Made by a program: the position numbers and the translations under genes
Part shown: positions 12,981-22,752 of the stretch, one piece after another
Layout of the letters: every line of letters starts with the position of its first letter
Position numbering within the stretch: position 1 is the stretch's first letter
IMG/VR virus record: IMGVR_UViG_3300011115_000209
Coordinates: 1 to 28,966 of that record
DNA: 28,966 bases
Direction: 5' to 3' (one strand)
DNA from: a virus
Lineage: Duplodnaviria; Caudoviricetes
The notes under the pieces: generated by a model
The model's database searches: none
Told to the model about the DNA's origin: nothing
Seen by the model: the letters and a program-made list of their open reading frames with translations, nothing else

Positions 12981-15504
12981 CCCAGAGTTCCAGCGCTTCA
13001 TCGGCGGTGAGCCGCCTGACGCAGAAGGCGAAGGCGTAGAGGTGGACATGCCTGAGATGGCTGAGTTGGACGACTCGACCATTGAGGAACTGCCCGACGG
13101 CTCGGTCATTGTCCACACTGGCGACAAAGGCCCGATGGAGGACGAGGAGTTCTATCAGAACTTGGCCGACTCGTTTGACCCGTATGACCTTGACAAGCTC
13201 CCGCTGAAGTTCATCGAACTGGTCGAGAAGGACAAGGAAGCCCGCAAAGACCGCGACAAGCAGTACGAGGAGGGCATCAAGCGCACGGGCATGGGCAAGG
13301 ACGCCCCCGGCGGCGCAAACTTCAACGGCGCAAGCAAGGTGGTGCATCCTGTGATGGCCGAAGCCTGCATCGACTTCGCCTCCCGCGCCATCAAGGAGAT
13401 GTTCCCGCCTGACGGCCCGACCCGCACCAAGATTTTGGGCGACGTGGACGACGACAAGGTCGAGATTGCAGAGCGCAAGCGCGACTTTATGAACTGGCAG
13501 TTGACCGAGCAGATTGAAGAGTTCCGCGACGAGCAGGAGCAGATGCTGACCCAGCTACCACTGGGCGGCACCCAGTACATGAAGCTCTGGTACGACGAGA
13601 AAAAGAAGCGACCATGTGCTGAATTTCTACCTATAGACAACGTCATCCTGCCGTATTCGGCCAGCAACTTCTACGGCGCGGAGCGTGTGACCGAGGTGGA
13701 CATCATCTCGGAGGCCAAATACAAGAGCCGCGTGGCTTCTGGGCTGTACCGCGACACCAGCTACATCCGGGCGACCATGAACCCGGAGCTTTCGCTTGCC
13801 CAAAAAGCGACCAACAAGGTCGAAGGCAAGTCGGAGAACGACAACGAAGACGGAATGCGCACCGTCTACCACATCTACACGCATTTGGAACTGGAAGAGG
13901 ACGGAATTTCCAAGGGTGAGTCAGCGCCGTACATCTTGATGATTGATGACCTGTCCAACGAGGTCATCGGCCTATACCGGAACTGGGAAGAAGGCGACGA
14001 AACGCTGACCAAATTGGACTGGATTGTCGAGTTCAAGTTCATTCCGTGGCGTGGAGCCGTCGCTGTTGGCCTGCCGCAGCTAATTGGCGGCCTCTCTGCG
14101 GCCCTCACAGGCGCTTTGCGGGCCTTGCTGGACTCTGCCCACATCAACAACGCTGCAACGCTCCTGAAGCTCAAGGGCGGCAAGATTTCTGGGCAGTCCC
14201 AAGAGGTCGAAGTCACCCAAGTGGTGGAGATTGAGGGTGCGCCGGGGGTGGATGATGTCCGCAAACTGGCTATGCCCATGCCTTTCAACCCGCCATCGCA
14301 GGTTTTGTTCGAGCTTTTGGGCTGGTTGACCAACGCCGCCAAGGGCGTGGTGACCACGGCAGAGGAAAAGATTGCCGATGTCAACGCAAACACCCCTGTC
14401 GGCACCACTCAGGCGCTGATTGAGCAGGGTGCAGCCGTTTTCTCGGCCATTCACGCCCGTTTGCACGAGTCTCAGGGCCGTGTGCTGCGTGTTTTGAGCC
14501 GAATCAACCGCTGGTACTTGGATGACATGCGCCGTGGCGAGGTTGTGGAGGATTTGGACATCACCAAAGAGGATTTCGCCCGCATCACGGACGTTATTCC
14601 CGTCTCCGACCCGCACATCTTCTCTGAGACGCAGCGCATGGCCCAGACACAGGCCGTTATGTCGCTGATGGAGAAGTATCCCGCCCAATTCAACCAAAAA
14701 GTCGTGCTGGAGCGCTTCTTGAAGCAGATAAAGGTGCCCGGAGTCAACGAACTCATGGTCGATGTGCCCGCGCCTGCCAAGCTGGACGCCGCCAACGAGA
14801 ACGTGGCAATGGCTTTGGGCCAAGCGGCCTACGCCTACATCGAGCAAGACCACCTTGCCCACATCCAAGTCATTTTGGACTTCGCCAACAACCCAGTGCT
14901 GGGCGGAAACCCCGCGATTGCGCCCGTCTACCTGCCCAAGGCGATGGAACACATCAAGCAGCACTTGGTCTTGTGGTACTTGAACCGCATGAACGGCTAT
15001 GTGGACATGTCGATGGACAACAAGACGCAAAACTACGACATGGTCAAGAACCCTGCCAAGGTGGACAAGCTCTTCTCCGCCGTGTCCCAGCATGTGCGCA
15101 TGGACAGCGACGAGGCGTTGCAGAAGGTCATGCCTGCCATCCAGCAGATGCAGCAGCAGTTGCAGCAGTTCCAGCCACAGCCACAGATGTCGGCAGAGAC
15201 CAAGGTCTTGTTGGACACCAGCATGGCCGAGACCCAACGCCGCACCAAACGCGACCAAGCAGAGATGAACCTCAAGGGGCAGGAGCTTCAATCCCGCATC
15301 GAGATGGACATGCAAGAACTTCAGCAGAAACAGCAGTACGACATGGAAGAACTGCAACTGCGCCTTGCCATCGCCAAGGGCGACCAAGAGACCAAAGAAC
15401 GCATCGAGACAGCCCGCTTAACACGGGATGCGGCCAAGCTCAAGTTCGAGCAAGACAAGTCTGTCAATCCACCAAACCAAGGAGTTCCTTATGGCTACCA
15501 GTGA
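12958..15504 (+). CDS. Portal protein (podovirus/P22-like) with long Gln-rich coiled-coil C-terminus
   Basis: 848 aa; VVHPVMAEAC.DF..RA, RDFMNWQL, LPLGG...K, PVGTTQALIEQG..VFSAIH.RLH; position ahead of the head genes. Confidence 0.88.
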   Translation: MATQFPIDPEFQRFIGGEPPDAEGEGVEVDMPEMAELDDSTIEELPDGSVIVHTGDKGPMEDEEFYQNLADSFDPYDLDKLPLKFIELVEKDKEARKDRDKQYEEGIKRTGMGKDAPGGANFNGASKVVHPVMAEACIDFASRAIKEMFPPDGPTRTKILGDVDDDKVEIAERKRDFMNWQLTEQIEEFRDEQEQMLTQLPLGGTQYMKLWYDEKKKRPCAEFLPIDNVILPYSASNFYGAERVTEVDIISEAKYKSRVASGLYRDTSYIRATMNPELSLAQKATNKVEGKSENDNEDGMRTVYHIYTHLELEEDGISKGESAPYILMIDDLSNEVIGLYRNWEEGDETLTKLDWIVEFKFIPWRGAVAVGLPQLIGGLSAALTGALRALLDSAHINNAATLLKLKGGKISGQSQEVEVTQVVEIEGAPGVDDVRKLAMPMPFNPPSQVLFELLGWLTNAAKGVVTTAEEKIADVNANTPVGTTQALIEQGAAVFSAIHARLHESQGRVLRVLSRINRWYLDDMRRGEVVEDLDITKEDFARITDVIPVSDPHIFSETQRMAQTQAVMSLMEKYPAQFNQKVVLERFLKQIKVPGVNELMVDVPAPAKLDAANENVAMALGQAAYAYIEQDHLAHIQVILDFANNPVLGGNPAIAPVYLPKAMEHIKQHLVLWYLNRMNGYVDMSMDNKTQNYDMVKNPAKVDKLFSAVSQHVRMDSDEALQKVMPAIQQMQQQLQQFQPQPQMSAETKVLLDTSMAETQRRTKRDQAEMNLKGQELQSRIEMDMQELQQKQQYDMEELQLRLAIAKGDQETKERIETARLTRDAAKLKFEQDKSVNPPNQGVPYGYQ

Positions 15505-15646
15505 TGCAGAGCAAAAGAGCGTGAATGTGCGTCAGCACAAACGCATGGCAATGGGCGCACCTATTACGGGCCAGTCCATGCAAACCAAGGGCGACAGCAA
15601 GCCCGCTAAACCACAAGGAGGCTTATCGCAAGCTAAGAAAAAATGA
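15491..15646 (+). CDS. Small basic hypothetical protein (51 aa)
   Basis: RBS AAGGAG before ATG 15491; ends GGLSQAKKK. Confidence 0.7.
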   Translation: MATSDAEQKSVNVRQHKRMAMGAPITGQSMQTKGDSKPAKPQGGLSQAKKK

Positions 15647-15843
15647 GAACCGTAGGCGACCTTATCGGAGGAGTCAAGGCTAGGCAGGCTGAAATAGCCG
15701 CGTCCCTTGCTGCTGGAAATGCAGCTAACTGGGAGTCTTATCACCGGATGGTCGGTCATTTCGCGGGCCTTCAAGAAGCCCTCGACATACTTAACAAACT
15801 CTTGAAAGATGAAGATGAATATGAACGAACCGGAAGTCGCTAA
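15643..15843 (+). CDS. Hypothetical protein (66 aa)
   Basis: ATGA overlap; helical pattern LAAG.A..WE.Y..MVG...GL. Confidence 0.75.
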   Translation: MRTVGDLIGGVKARQAEIAASLAAGNAANWESYHRMVGHFAGLQEALDILNKLLKDEDEYERTGSR

Positions 15844-16252
15844 CACGACTGAATTAGCTTGGGCATTTCCGAGCGTAGACCCCGGCGCAAAACCTCTTGG
15901 CGGACGTATCTTGGTGCAACTCCGCCGCACGAAGCAAAAGACAAGTAGCGCGGGAATTATCTTGGTTGAAGAAACTAAGGAAACCGAAAAGTGGCAGAAC
16001 ATGGTGGCGAAGGTCATCGAGATTGGCCCTCTGGCATTCAAGCATCGGGACACGATGCAAGGGTGGCCTGAAGGCTCTTGGTGCAGCGTGGGTGAGTACA
16101 TCCGCGTTCCGAAGTGGGGCGGTGACCGTTGGGAAGTTCGCGTCCCCGGCTCCGATGACCACGAAGACCCAGCCCTGTTCATGGTCTTGAACGACCACGA
16201 AGTCATCGCCAAGCTGACTGGCGACCCACTTGCTATGAAGGCTTACCTATGA
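15809..16252 (+). CDS. groES: GroES/Cpn10-like co-chaperonin
   Basis: KPLGGRILVQ...KTSSAGIILVE...AKVIEIGP...VGEYI...KWGG...VLNDHEVIA; start may be 15809, 15815 or 15821. Confidence 0.85.
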   Translation: MKMNMNEPEVANTTELAWAFPSVDPGAKPLGGRILVQLRRTKQKTSSAGIILVEETKETEKWQNMVAKVIEIGPLAFKHRDTMQGWPEGSWCSVGEYIRVPKWGGDRWEVRVPGSDDHEDPALFMVLNDHEVIAKLTGDPLAMKAYL

Positions 16253-17187
16253 ACGACAAAACCAAGGAAGACCTCCTCGACGTTGTTGAGGAGCAGGACG
16301 GCTCTGCCACCGTTGACCTGCCAGACAATCTGGCGGTACACGACGATGACGATGACGCTGGCAAGCAGCCCGCTGCTGACGCCGATGACGTTGACCACCC
16401 CGATGACACCGAAGCGGTGCGGGACGCTCGACGCAATCGCCGCCGCGCCAAGAAGGAGTACATCAAGCGCACCAACGAGGAGAAAGACCAGCGTCTGACC
16501 CTGTTGCAGCGCCAGAATCAAGACCTAATGGAGCGTTTGTCTGTTGTGGAGCGCAAGACCCACGGCGCAGACCTTGCCCGGTTTGACAAGGCTATTGAGG
16601 ACGAGCAACTCCGCCTTCGGTACGCCTCTGCCAAGCTACGGGAGGCCACCGACAACGCTGACGGTGCCGCCCTAGCCGAGGCGCAAGAGCTTTGGTACGA
16701 GACCAAGCGCAAGTTGGAGGCCATGCAGAACTTCAAAGCACGTTCTGCTGAGAGACAAAGTGAAGGTGGCGCGGTCAATCCCCGCCTCCAGCGCCTTGCC
16801 AACAACTGGATGGAGCGCAACGACTGGTATGACCCGAACGGGGCCGACGAGGACTCCCAGATTGCCAAAGTCGTTGACAACCGCCTTGTGGCGGAGGGTT
16901 TTAACCCAGAAACTGAAGAGTATTGGAGCGAGTTAGACAAACGCTTGCAAAAACGCCTTCCCAATAGGTATACACTATCGTCAGACGAACCAACCAGAAG
17001 GAGTCCTCCCAGAAGTGTAGTGACGGGGTCGGGCCGCGAGTCCAGTATCCGAGGAGGTGGAAACACCTTTGTGCTTGAACCAGAACAGGTTCGGGCCATG
17101 AAAGATGCAGGCATGTGGGACAACCTTGAAAAGCGTAACCGCATGATTAAACGGTACGCACTAGAAGCACGAAACAAAAGGAGCTAA
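16249..17187 (+). CDS. Probable capsid scaffolding protein
   Basis: Acidic N-terminus, long coiled-coil and short basic C-terminal helix; lies between portal and capsid. Confidence 0.65.
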   Translation: MNDKTKEDLLDVVEEQDGSATVDLPDNLAVHDDDDDAGKQPAADADDVDHPDDTEAVRDARRNRRRAKKEYIKRTNEEKDQRLTLLQRQNQDLMERLSVVERKTHGADLARFDKAIEDEQLRLRYASAKLREATDNADGAALAEAQELWYETKRKLEAMQNFKARSAERQSEGGAVNPRLQRLANNWMERNDWYDPNGADEDSQIAKVVDNRLVAEGFNPETEEYWSELDKRLQKRLPNRYTLSSDEPTRRSPPRSVVTGSGRESSIRGGGNTFVLEPEQVRAMKDAGMWDNLEKRNRMIKRYALEARNKRS

Positions 17188-17192
17188 ACATT

Positions 17193-17741
17193 ATGGATAC
17201 TCGTCTTAAAAAATCTCTGTCCGCAGGTGGACGCGAAACTCGCGCAAGTGAGGACGCCAGCCGTGCAGCCCCAGAGGGAAAGTTCATGTCAGCGCAGGAA
17301 CGTCGGAAGATGTGGAGCGATGAGTGGACACAAAGTGCTTTGCCAAAAGTCCCGGAATTAACGGGGTGGCATCTTTGCTGGTTATCGACAACCAATAGCT
17401 ACGACAGCATCGACAAGCGGATGCGACTAGGGTACGTTCCCGTGATGGCGGATGAGTTCCCCGGATTCGACAATTACCGCGTAAAGGCTGGAGAGCAGAC
17501 TGGTTTTATTGCGTGCAATGAAATGATTCTTTATAAGCTCCCTATGGAGATTTATCAGGAAGCTATGTTGCAAATGCACCATGAGTTACCGATGGACGAG
17601 GCGGACAAAGTTCGGCTCCAAGTTGAGCAACTTCAAGGTTCTGGACGCGATAGCAATGGCAAGTCTCTTGTCAACGTCGAAGGCGAAGGTTTTGGCGAGT
17701 TTGACCGAAACAATGTGAAACTGCCCGTGTTTTACGGGTGA
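17193..17741 (+). CDS. Conserved-looking head-module protein of unknown function
   Basis: RBS AGGAG; LP..P...GWH.CW...R.RLGYVPV motif; position in the head module. Confidence 0.75.
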   Translation: MDTRLKKSLSAGGRETRASEDASRAAPEGKFMSAQERRKMWSDEWTQSALPKVPELTGWHLCWLSTTNSYDSIDKRMRLGYVPVMADEFPGFDNYRVKAGEQTGFIACNEMILYKLPMEIYQEAMLQMHHELPMDEADKVRLQVEQLQGSGRDSNGKSLVNVEGEGFGEFDRNNVKLPVFYG

Positions 17742-17759
17742 TTAACTTAGGAGTTACTT

Positions 17760-18332
17760 ATGTCTTCGACAAATGCTCCGTTTGGTCTGCGTCCCTCTTT
17801 CCATCCGACTGGTTTGGATAGAGCGGTTGCGCTGACTGACGGTATCGCTTCGGCTTATAGCTCGAACATTCTGAAGGGCCAACCCGTAGCTTTGAATAGC
17901 TCGGGCAATATCATTGCTGCTACTGCTGGAAGTGCCTACCAAGGTGCCTTCGCTGGTGTGCAGTGGACTGATACCACTGGCCGTGTGCGCGTCTCCAACT
18001 ACTGGCCTGCGTCTACCGCGTATGTCACTGGTTCTTGCATTGCGTACTACTACTCTGACCCGAACATCGTTTACGACATTCAGGCAGACGGCTCGTTGGC
18101 TCAAACCTCCATTGGAGACCAAGCCAACTTCAGCAACATCACCGCTGGTTCTGCAACCACTGGTCTGTCGCAATGCACCATCTCTACGAGTTTGGCGGGT
18201 TCGAGCGCTGTTGGTGATTTGCGAATCATCAATCTGTCGCCCGGTGTCGATAACGCTTGGGGTGATGCATACACCGTGGTACAGGTTCAAGTGAGCCGAA
18301 GCCAGTATGTTGCCACCATCAACGCAATTTAA
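17760..18332 (+). CDS. Probable head decoration/minor capsid protein
   Basis: RBS AGGAG; begins MSSTNAPFGLRP; small and beta-rich; immediately upstream of the MCP. Confidence 0.65.
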   Translation: MSSTNAPFGLRPSFHPTGLDRAVALTDGIASAYSSNILKGQPVALNSSGNIIAATAGSAYQGAFAGVQWTDTTGRVRVSNYWPASTAYVTGSCIAYYYSDPNIVYDIQADGSLAQTSIGDQANFSNITAGSATTGLSQCTISTSLAGSSAVGDLRIINLSPGVDNAWGDAYTVVQVQVSRSQYVATINAI

Positions 18333-18345
18333 GGAGGTCTAAAAA

Positions 18346-19260
18346 ATGGCTGCTCCAATGAGAAGTACGGACTTCCGTTCGATTGTTGAACCAATCCTGA
18401 ACGAATGTTTCGATGGTGTCTATGACCAACGTACCGACGAATGGTCACGGGTTTTCCGTGAGCAGGACGGTATTCCCCGCAACTACCACGAAGAGCCTGT
18501 CCTGTACGGATTCGGCGCTGCGCCTCAACTGCCAGACGGAACTCCTGTTTCGTACCAGCAGGGCGGCGTTCTCTTCCTCCAACGCTATGTGTACAACGTG
18601 TATGGCCTCGCCTTCGCGCTGACCAAAGTGCTGGTTGAAGACGGCGACCACATCCGCATCGGTCAGGTCTATGCTCGTCACTTGGCTCAGTCTCTCATCG
18701 AGACCAAAGAGACCCTGTGCGCGAACATCCTGAATCGTGCGTTCAACTCCAGCTACCCCGGTGGCGATGGCGTGTCTTTGATTAGCACTGCTCATCCTAT
18801 CGTGAACGGTACTTTCAGCAACCAGTTGACTACAGCCGCAAACCTGTCCCAGACATCGCTTGAGCAGATGCTGATTCAGATTCGCCAAGCTGTGGACAAC
18901 AACGGCAAGAAGATTCGTCTGGTGCCCCGCCAACTGGTGGTCGCCCCCGGCAACGTCTTCCAAGCTGAAGTTCTGCTGAAATCGGTTCTGCGTGCTGGCA
19001 ACGCCAACAACGACATCAACCCCATCAAGTCCATTGGCTTGCTGGACGAGGGTGCCGCTGTTCTGTCGCGTTTGACCTCCGCAACCGCATTCTTTGTCCA
19101 GACCGACACTCCCGAGGGCATGAAGCTCTTGATGCGCCGCAAGCTGGAGAAGACGATGGAAGGCGACTTCGAGACTGACTCGATGCGCTACAAGGCAACT
19201 GAGCGTTATATCCCCGGATATACCGACCCACGCGCTATGTACGGCACGCCCGGACTGTAA
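18346..19260 (+). CDS. Major capsid protein (HK97 fold)
   Basis: Strong RBS TAAGGAGG; 304 aa; [43 protein letters not shown]. Confidence 0.88.
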   Translation: MAAPMRSTDFRSIVEPILNECFDGVYDQRTDEWSRVFREQDGIPRNYHEEPVLYGFGAAPQLPDGTPVSYQQGGVLFLQRYVYNVYGLAFALTKVLVEDGDHIRIGQVYARHLAQSLIETKETLCANILNRAFNSSYPGGDGVSLISTAHPIVNGTFSNQLTTAANLSQTSLEQMLIQIRQAVDNNGKKIRLVPRQLVVAPGNVFQAEVLLKSVLRAGNANNDINPIKSIGLLDEGAAVLSRLTSATAFFVQTDTPEGMKLLMRRKLEKTMEGDFETDSMRYKATERYIPGYTDPRAMYGTPGL

Positions 19261-19272
19261 AGTCACAAGGCT

Positions 19273-19308
19273 TTGGGGGGCTGGGCCTTGACCACCCCCT
19301 AACATTTT
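19273..19308 (+). terminator. Stem-loop after the MCP; possible weak terminator or mRNA-stabilising hairpin
   Basis: TTGGGGGG-C-TGG...CCA-CCCCCTAA followed by CATTTT. Confidence 0.4.
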
Positions 19309-19340
19309 CAACATCGGTCAAACTTTTCAAGGAGCAGACC

Positions 19341-20318
19341 ATGCCTTCATTTGCAGATGATCTATTTCTGGGAACGGCTGTCGCCTATCAAGGCATAGAC
19401 GCTTACCCCAACACCTCTACTTTTACTGGCTCCATAGCCACCACCACACTGACCGTCACGGAAATGCTGTCGGGCGACCCCATTGTTCTGGGTATGTACA
19501 TTGACAGCTCAACCGCCCTGACAAATGGAACCTACATCACGGCATTTGGCACTGGCGCAGGTGGCGTAGGCACCTACACCGTAAGTGCTTCGCAGACTGT
19601 TGCAAGCTCCACCATTGTTGGCTCTGGTAATGCCTTGTTGCAAAACCCTGCCCCAATGGAAGTGGGCGTTGGCCCAGTGGGTCGTCTGTACATCTGGGAT
19701 GTGGTGCCACAGGCCAAATTGACGACCAACATTGTTGCGGCGGTAATTACCACTGCCACGACTTTGACGCTTGCCGCTGGAGCCGGGGTTAAATCGGCTA
19801 CCCTCGTAAACGGTGCAACTGGACTGCAACTGGACTGCCCCCGCGCTGTTTCTACAACCACAGGCGCAGGTAGTCCCACTTCGGTCAATATCACCGTTTC
19901 AGGCTACGACTACTACGGTCAGGCCATGAGCGAGGTGATTGCAACAGGGACGGTGGCGTCAACAACTGTGAGCGGTAAGAAAGCCTTCTACCAAATCTCC
20001 AGCGTTGTTTCTTCGGGGGCCAGCGTAGTTACCGTGGCTGTCGGCACAACTGATATTTTGGGTCTGCCCTTGCGAGTGATTGACCGAGGTTACATCACCC
20101 GCGCTGGCTGGGACAACACCTTGGCTGAAGATACTGGCACTATGACCGTTGCCGCTACTGCTACAGCAACCACCACCACTGGTGATGTGCGAGGCACTTA
20201 CTTACCCTCCTCTGCGGCGGACGGTGTCAAGCGCCTTGTGATGGGAATAGCCCTGCCAGCGATTGCGGCAGGCCCGAATGCAACCCGTGTTGGCGCATTT
20301 GGCGTCACACAAGCATAA
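19341..20318 (+). CDS. Virion structural protein (Thr/Gly/Ala/Val-rich; capsid fibre or decoration-like)
   Basis: RBS AAGGAG; beta-rich composition; directly after the MCP. Confidence 0.7.
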   Translation: MPSFADDLFLGTAVAYQGIDAYPNTSTFTGSIATTTLTVTEMLSGDPIVLGMYIDSSTALTNGTYITAFGTGAGGVGTYTVSASQTVASSTIVGSGNALLQNPAPMEVGVGPVGRLYIWDVVPQAKLTTNIVAAVITTATTLTLAAGAGVKSATLVNGATGLQLDCPRAVSTTTGAGSPTSVNITVSGYDYYGQAMSEVIATGTVASTTVSGKKAFYQISSVVSSGASVVTVAVGTTDILGLPLRVIDRGYITRAGWDNTLAEDTGTMTVAATATATTTTGDVRGTYLPSSAADGVKRLVMGIALPAIAAGPNATRVGAFGVTQA

Positions 20319-20328
20319 GGAGTAAATC

Positions 20329-21579
20329 ATGGGCCAATTCAAACCAATGGTCAAAATGATGACCACTGAGCCTTCAGTCGAACTGAAGCTCAAAAAAGGT
20401 GGCAGCGTCAAGAAGGCTGATGGCGGAATGATGGGTGGTATGCCACCTACCGCGCAGCCTATGAGCGCTATGCCTGCTCGTGGCGGCATGATGAAGGCAG
20501 CTACCCCTATGGCTCCTTCCTTGGCCGCTCGTCGCCGCGCTATGCGCTCGATGGGTGCTGGCCCCTCCGCTCCTGTTGGCTTGGCAGCAAGCCGCATGAT
20601 GAAAGAGGGCGGCAAGTCTGACAAGGCCCAAGACAAGGCCATGATTCAGAAAGCCTTCAAGCAGCATGACATGCAAGAACACAAGGGCGGAAAGGGCACC
20701 AAGTTGGCCTTGAAAAAAGGCGGCAAGATGAAGAAGTACGCCACTGGCGGAGCAATCCCCAGCGAGACAACTTCCGGTACGCCTGCTACGACCATCATGC
20801 ATCAAGCTAAAGCTGACAATTCTCCTGCCACCACTGGTGGCGTGAAGAACGGCAACGGCGGCGGCTACAAGCGTGGCGGGGCCATGAAAAAGATGGCTAC
20901 TGGCGGCGTTGTGAAGGGCCAAGCTGGCTATGCAACTGGTGGACGCATTCCTTCGGAAAGCACCTCTGGTTCACCTGCTACGACCATTGTGGACACTGGT
21001 AAGTACGACAACGCTCCCGCTAAAACTGGCGGCGTGAGTTACGGCAATGCTGGTGGCTTCAAGCGCGGAGGTGCAACAAAAAAGCACTTCGCCACGGGGG
21101 GCAGTGTTAACAGCGCTGGTTCTGCCGTGGCAATGCCGCAAGGTCGCAAGCCTATTCCCTCTCCTGTTGAAATCACCCAACTGGCTGGAACCTACAAAAA
21201 GGGCGGCAAAGTCGCCCCGGGTAACCGCCAGTTGCAAGCAGTCAACAAGATGGAAAACGCTACCGCGATGCGCCAAGCCAAAATGGATAGCAACCTGAAG
21301 TACGGCTCAGCCAACAAGCTGAAGCTGGCTGAAGGTGGTTCACCCAACGACAAGTACACCCTCAAAGACCCCAAGGCTGTGACAGACAAGACCAGCCGTG
21401 AGCTTGAAGAGGCGTTGAACCCGTTGAGCATGGTGAAAGAGCTATACAACAAGGCGCGGAATGCGTTTAACGGGCAAGGCTCCATGACCGACAAAGAACG
21501 GGCTGACGGCAGCGTCACCAAGACCAAGGAATCGGTCACGGTGTCACCAGCGAAGAAACGTGGCGGGCGCGTTTGTTAA
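20329..21579 (+). CDS. Basic low-complexity protein with about 14 xx-x-GG motifs; probable internal head protein
   Basis: RBS TAAGGAG; motifs LKKGG, KADGG, MKEGG, YATGG, YKRGG, MATGG, FKRGG, FATGG, YKKGG, LAEGG, KKRGG and others. Confidence 0.75.
   Translation: MGQFKPMVKMMTTEPSVELKLKKGGSVKKADGGMMGGMPPTAQPMSAMPARGGMMKAATPMAPSLAARRRAMRSMGAGPSAPVGLAASRMMKEGGKSDKAQDKAMIQKAFKQHDMQEHKGGKGTKLALKKGGKMKKYATGGAIPSETTSGTPATTIMHQAKADNSPATTGGVKNGNGGGYKRGGAMKKMATGGVVKGQAGYATGGRIPSESTSGSPATTIVDTGKYDNAPAKTGGVSYGNAGGFKRGGATKKHFATGGSVNSAGSAVAMPQGRKPIPSPVEITQLAGTYKKGGKVAPGNRQLQAVNKMENATAMRQAKMDSNLKYGSANKLKLAEGGSPNDKYTLKDPKAVTDKTSRELEEALNPLSMVKELYNKARNAFNGQGSMTDKERADGSVTKTKESVTVSPAKKRGGRVC
20737..21075 (+). repeat. 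Internal ~49-aa duplication (period 192 nt)
   Basis: YATGGAIPSETTSGTPATTI...GGVKNGNGGGYKRGGA versus YATGGRIPSESTSGSPATTI...GGVSYGNAGGFKRGGA. Confidence 0.85.
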
Positions 21580-21583
21580 AAAC

Positions 21584-21612
21584 GAGTGGGGGCTTCGGCC
21601 CCCGCTTTCTTT
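21584..21612 (+). terminator. Rho-independent terminator with UUCG tetraloop
   Basis: GAGTGGGGGC-TTCG-GCCCCCGCTT-TCTTT. Confidence 0.8.
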
Positions 21613-21622
21613 GGAGATTTCT

Positions 21623-22042
21623 ATGGCTATTACAGCTACCTCTCAAACGCTTTTTGATGGTGAGCGCATTGCCATTATGAAGTTTTACGCAACCATGAGC
21701 GCGACTGAAAATGAATCAGGCGTTGTCAAGGTAAATCCTTCAACTCTCACGGCATCTGCTGCTGGCGGAGCTTGTGACGCGGTGTCTATCTTGAAGGTGA
21801 CAGCGCTCACCCACGGGCTGGAAGTTCAAATGAACTGGGTTGCTACCGCGCCCGTGGTCATTGAAACTGTTCCGCAAAATAGCCAGTACACGCAAGACTA
21901 TTCTAAGATTGGTGGTCTCACCAACAACGCTGGCACGGGTAAAACAGGCGGCATCTCATTCACTACGTTCGACGGTAGCGCAGGCGATACCTACACCGTG
22001 GTGCTAGAGATGCAAAAGCATTACGTCAACCCTGTGACCTGA
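21623..22042 (+). CDS. Probable virion structural protein (139 aa)
   Basis: RBS GGAG 21613-21616 supports ATG 21623; beta-rich; ends DTYTVVLEMQK. Confidence 0.7.
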   Translation: MAITATSQTLFDGERIAIMKFYATMSATENESGVVKVNPSTLTASAAGGACDAVSILKVTALTHGLEVQMNWVATAPVVIETVPQNSQYTQDYSKIGGLTNNAGTGKTGGISFTTFDGSAGDTYTVVLEMQKHYVNPVT

Positions 22043-22044
22043 CC

Positions 22045-22488
22045 ATGCCCAGCAAATCTGCTGCCCAGCACCGCCTGATGGCGGCTGCGGCCCACACCAA
22101 GGGCGGGTTTGGTGGCGTCCCCCAGAAGGTCGGCAAGGAGTTTGTCAAGGCCGACAAGATGGCAGAAGGCGGAGTAGCCCAGTCCCTGAAAAAAGCTGGG
22201 TTTTACGAAGAGGGCAAGAGCAGGCCAGAGCGCTTGAAGATTGTCAACCGAGCAACAACCAAACCTGAGCGGGTGCAAATTGTGGAAAAATTATTCTCGG
22301 CCAAGAAAATGAAAGGCGGCGGCTTGTATGAAAATATCAATGCAAAACGTGAGCGCATATCTGAAGGCTCTGGTGAAAAAATGCGCCGAGTGGGCAGCAA
22401 AGGTGCGCCAACGGCTGATGCCTTCAAGCAGTCAGCCAAAACAGCCAAAATGAAAACAGGCGGCAAGGCATCAAAGTCTTGCTGGTGA
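22045..22488 (+). CDS. Small basic protein made of three segments separated by MAEGG/MKGGG/MKTGG
   Basis: MPSKSAAQHRLMAAAAH...; VAQSLKKAGFY...; LYENINAKRERI...GSKGAPT..AFK.SAKTAK. Confidence 0.75.
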   Translation: MPSKSAAQHRLMAAAAHTKGGFGGVPQKVGKEFVKADKMAEGGVAQSLKKAGFYEEGKSRPERLKIVNRATTKPERVQIVEKLFSAKKMKGGGLYENINAKRERISEGSGEKMRRVGSKGAPTADAFKQSAKTAKMKTGGKASKSCW

Positions 22489-22491
22489 ATC

Positions 22492-22743
22492 ATGGCAAAA
22501 AAGAACCCATCCCTCGCCATTGGCCGTGGCGAAAAGCTACCTGCCAAGCAAGGCGCAGGGCTTACCGCAAAGGGCCGCGAGAAGTACAATCGTGAGACTG
22601 GTTCCAACCTGAAGGCTCCCCAGCCACAGGGTGGCTCCAGACGCGATTCTTTCTGCGCTCGAATGGAGCCAGTGGCTGAGAAAAGCGACAAGGGAAGCCG
22701 CGCAAGGGCTTCAATGCAACGGTGGAACTGTCCCGGCTGGTAA
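22492..22743 (+). CDS. Small basic phage protein (DUF6321-like, recalled from motif)
   Basis: GAGLTAKGR.KYNRETGSNLKAP...RRDSFCARM...RWNC. Confidence 0.7.
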   Translation: MAKKNPSLAIGRGEKLPAKQGAGLTAKGREKYNRETGSNLKAPQPQGGSRRDSFCARMEPVAEKSDKGSRARASMQRWNCPGW

Positions 22744-22752
22744 GGAGCAATC

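Noticed and set aside
14080-15387. Long minus-strand ORFs (also 3988-4701, 9054-9824, 10341-11255 and 18445-19314)
   Set aside because: Antisense shadows of GC3-biased + strand genes; no RBS or recognisable motifs
16945-16976. TTGCAA...TACACT promoter-like pair inside the scaffold gene
   Set aside because: Spacing is 20 nt rather than 16-18; unsupported without transcript data
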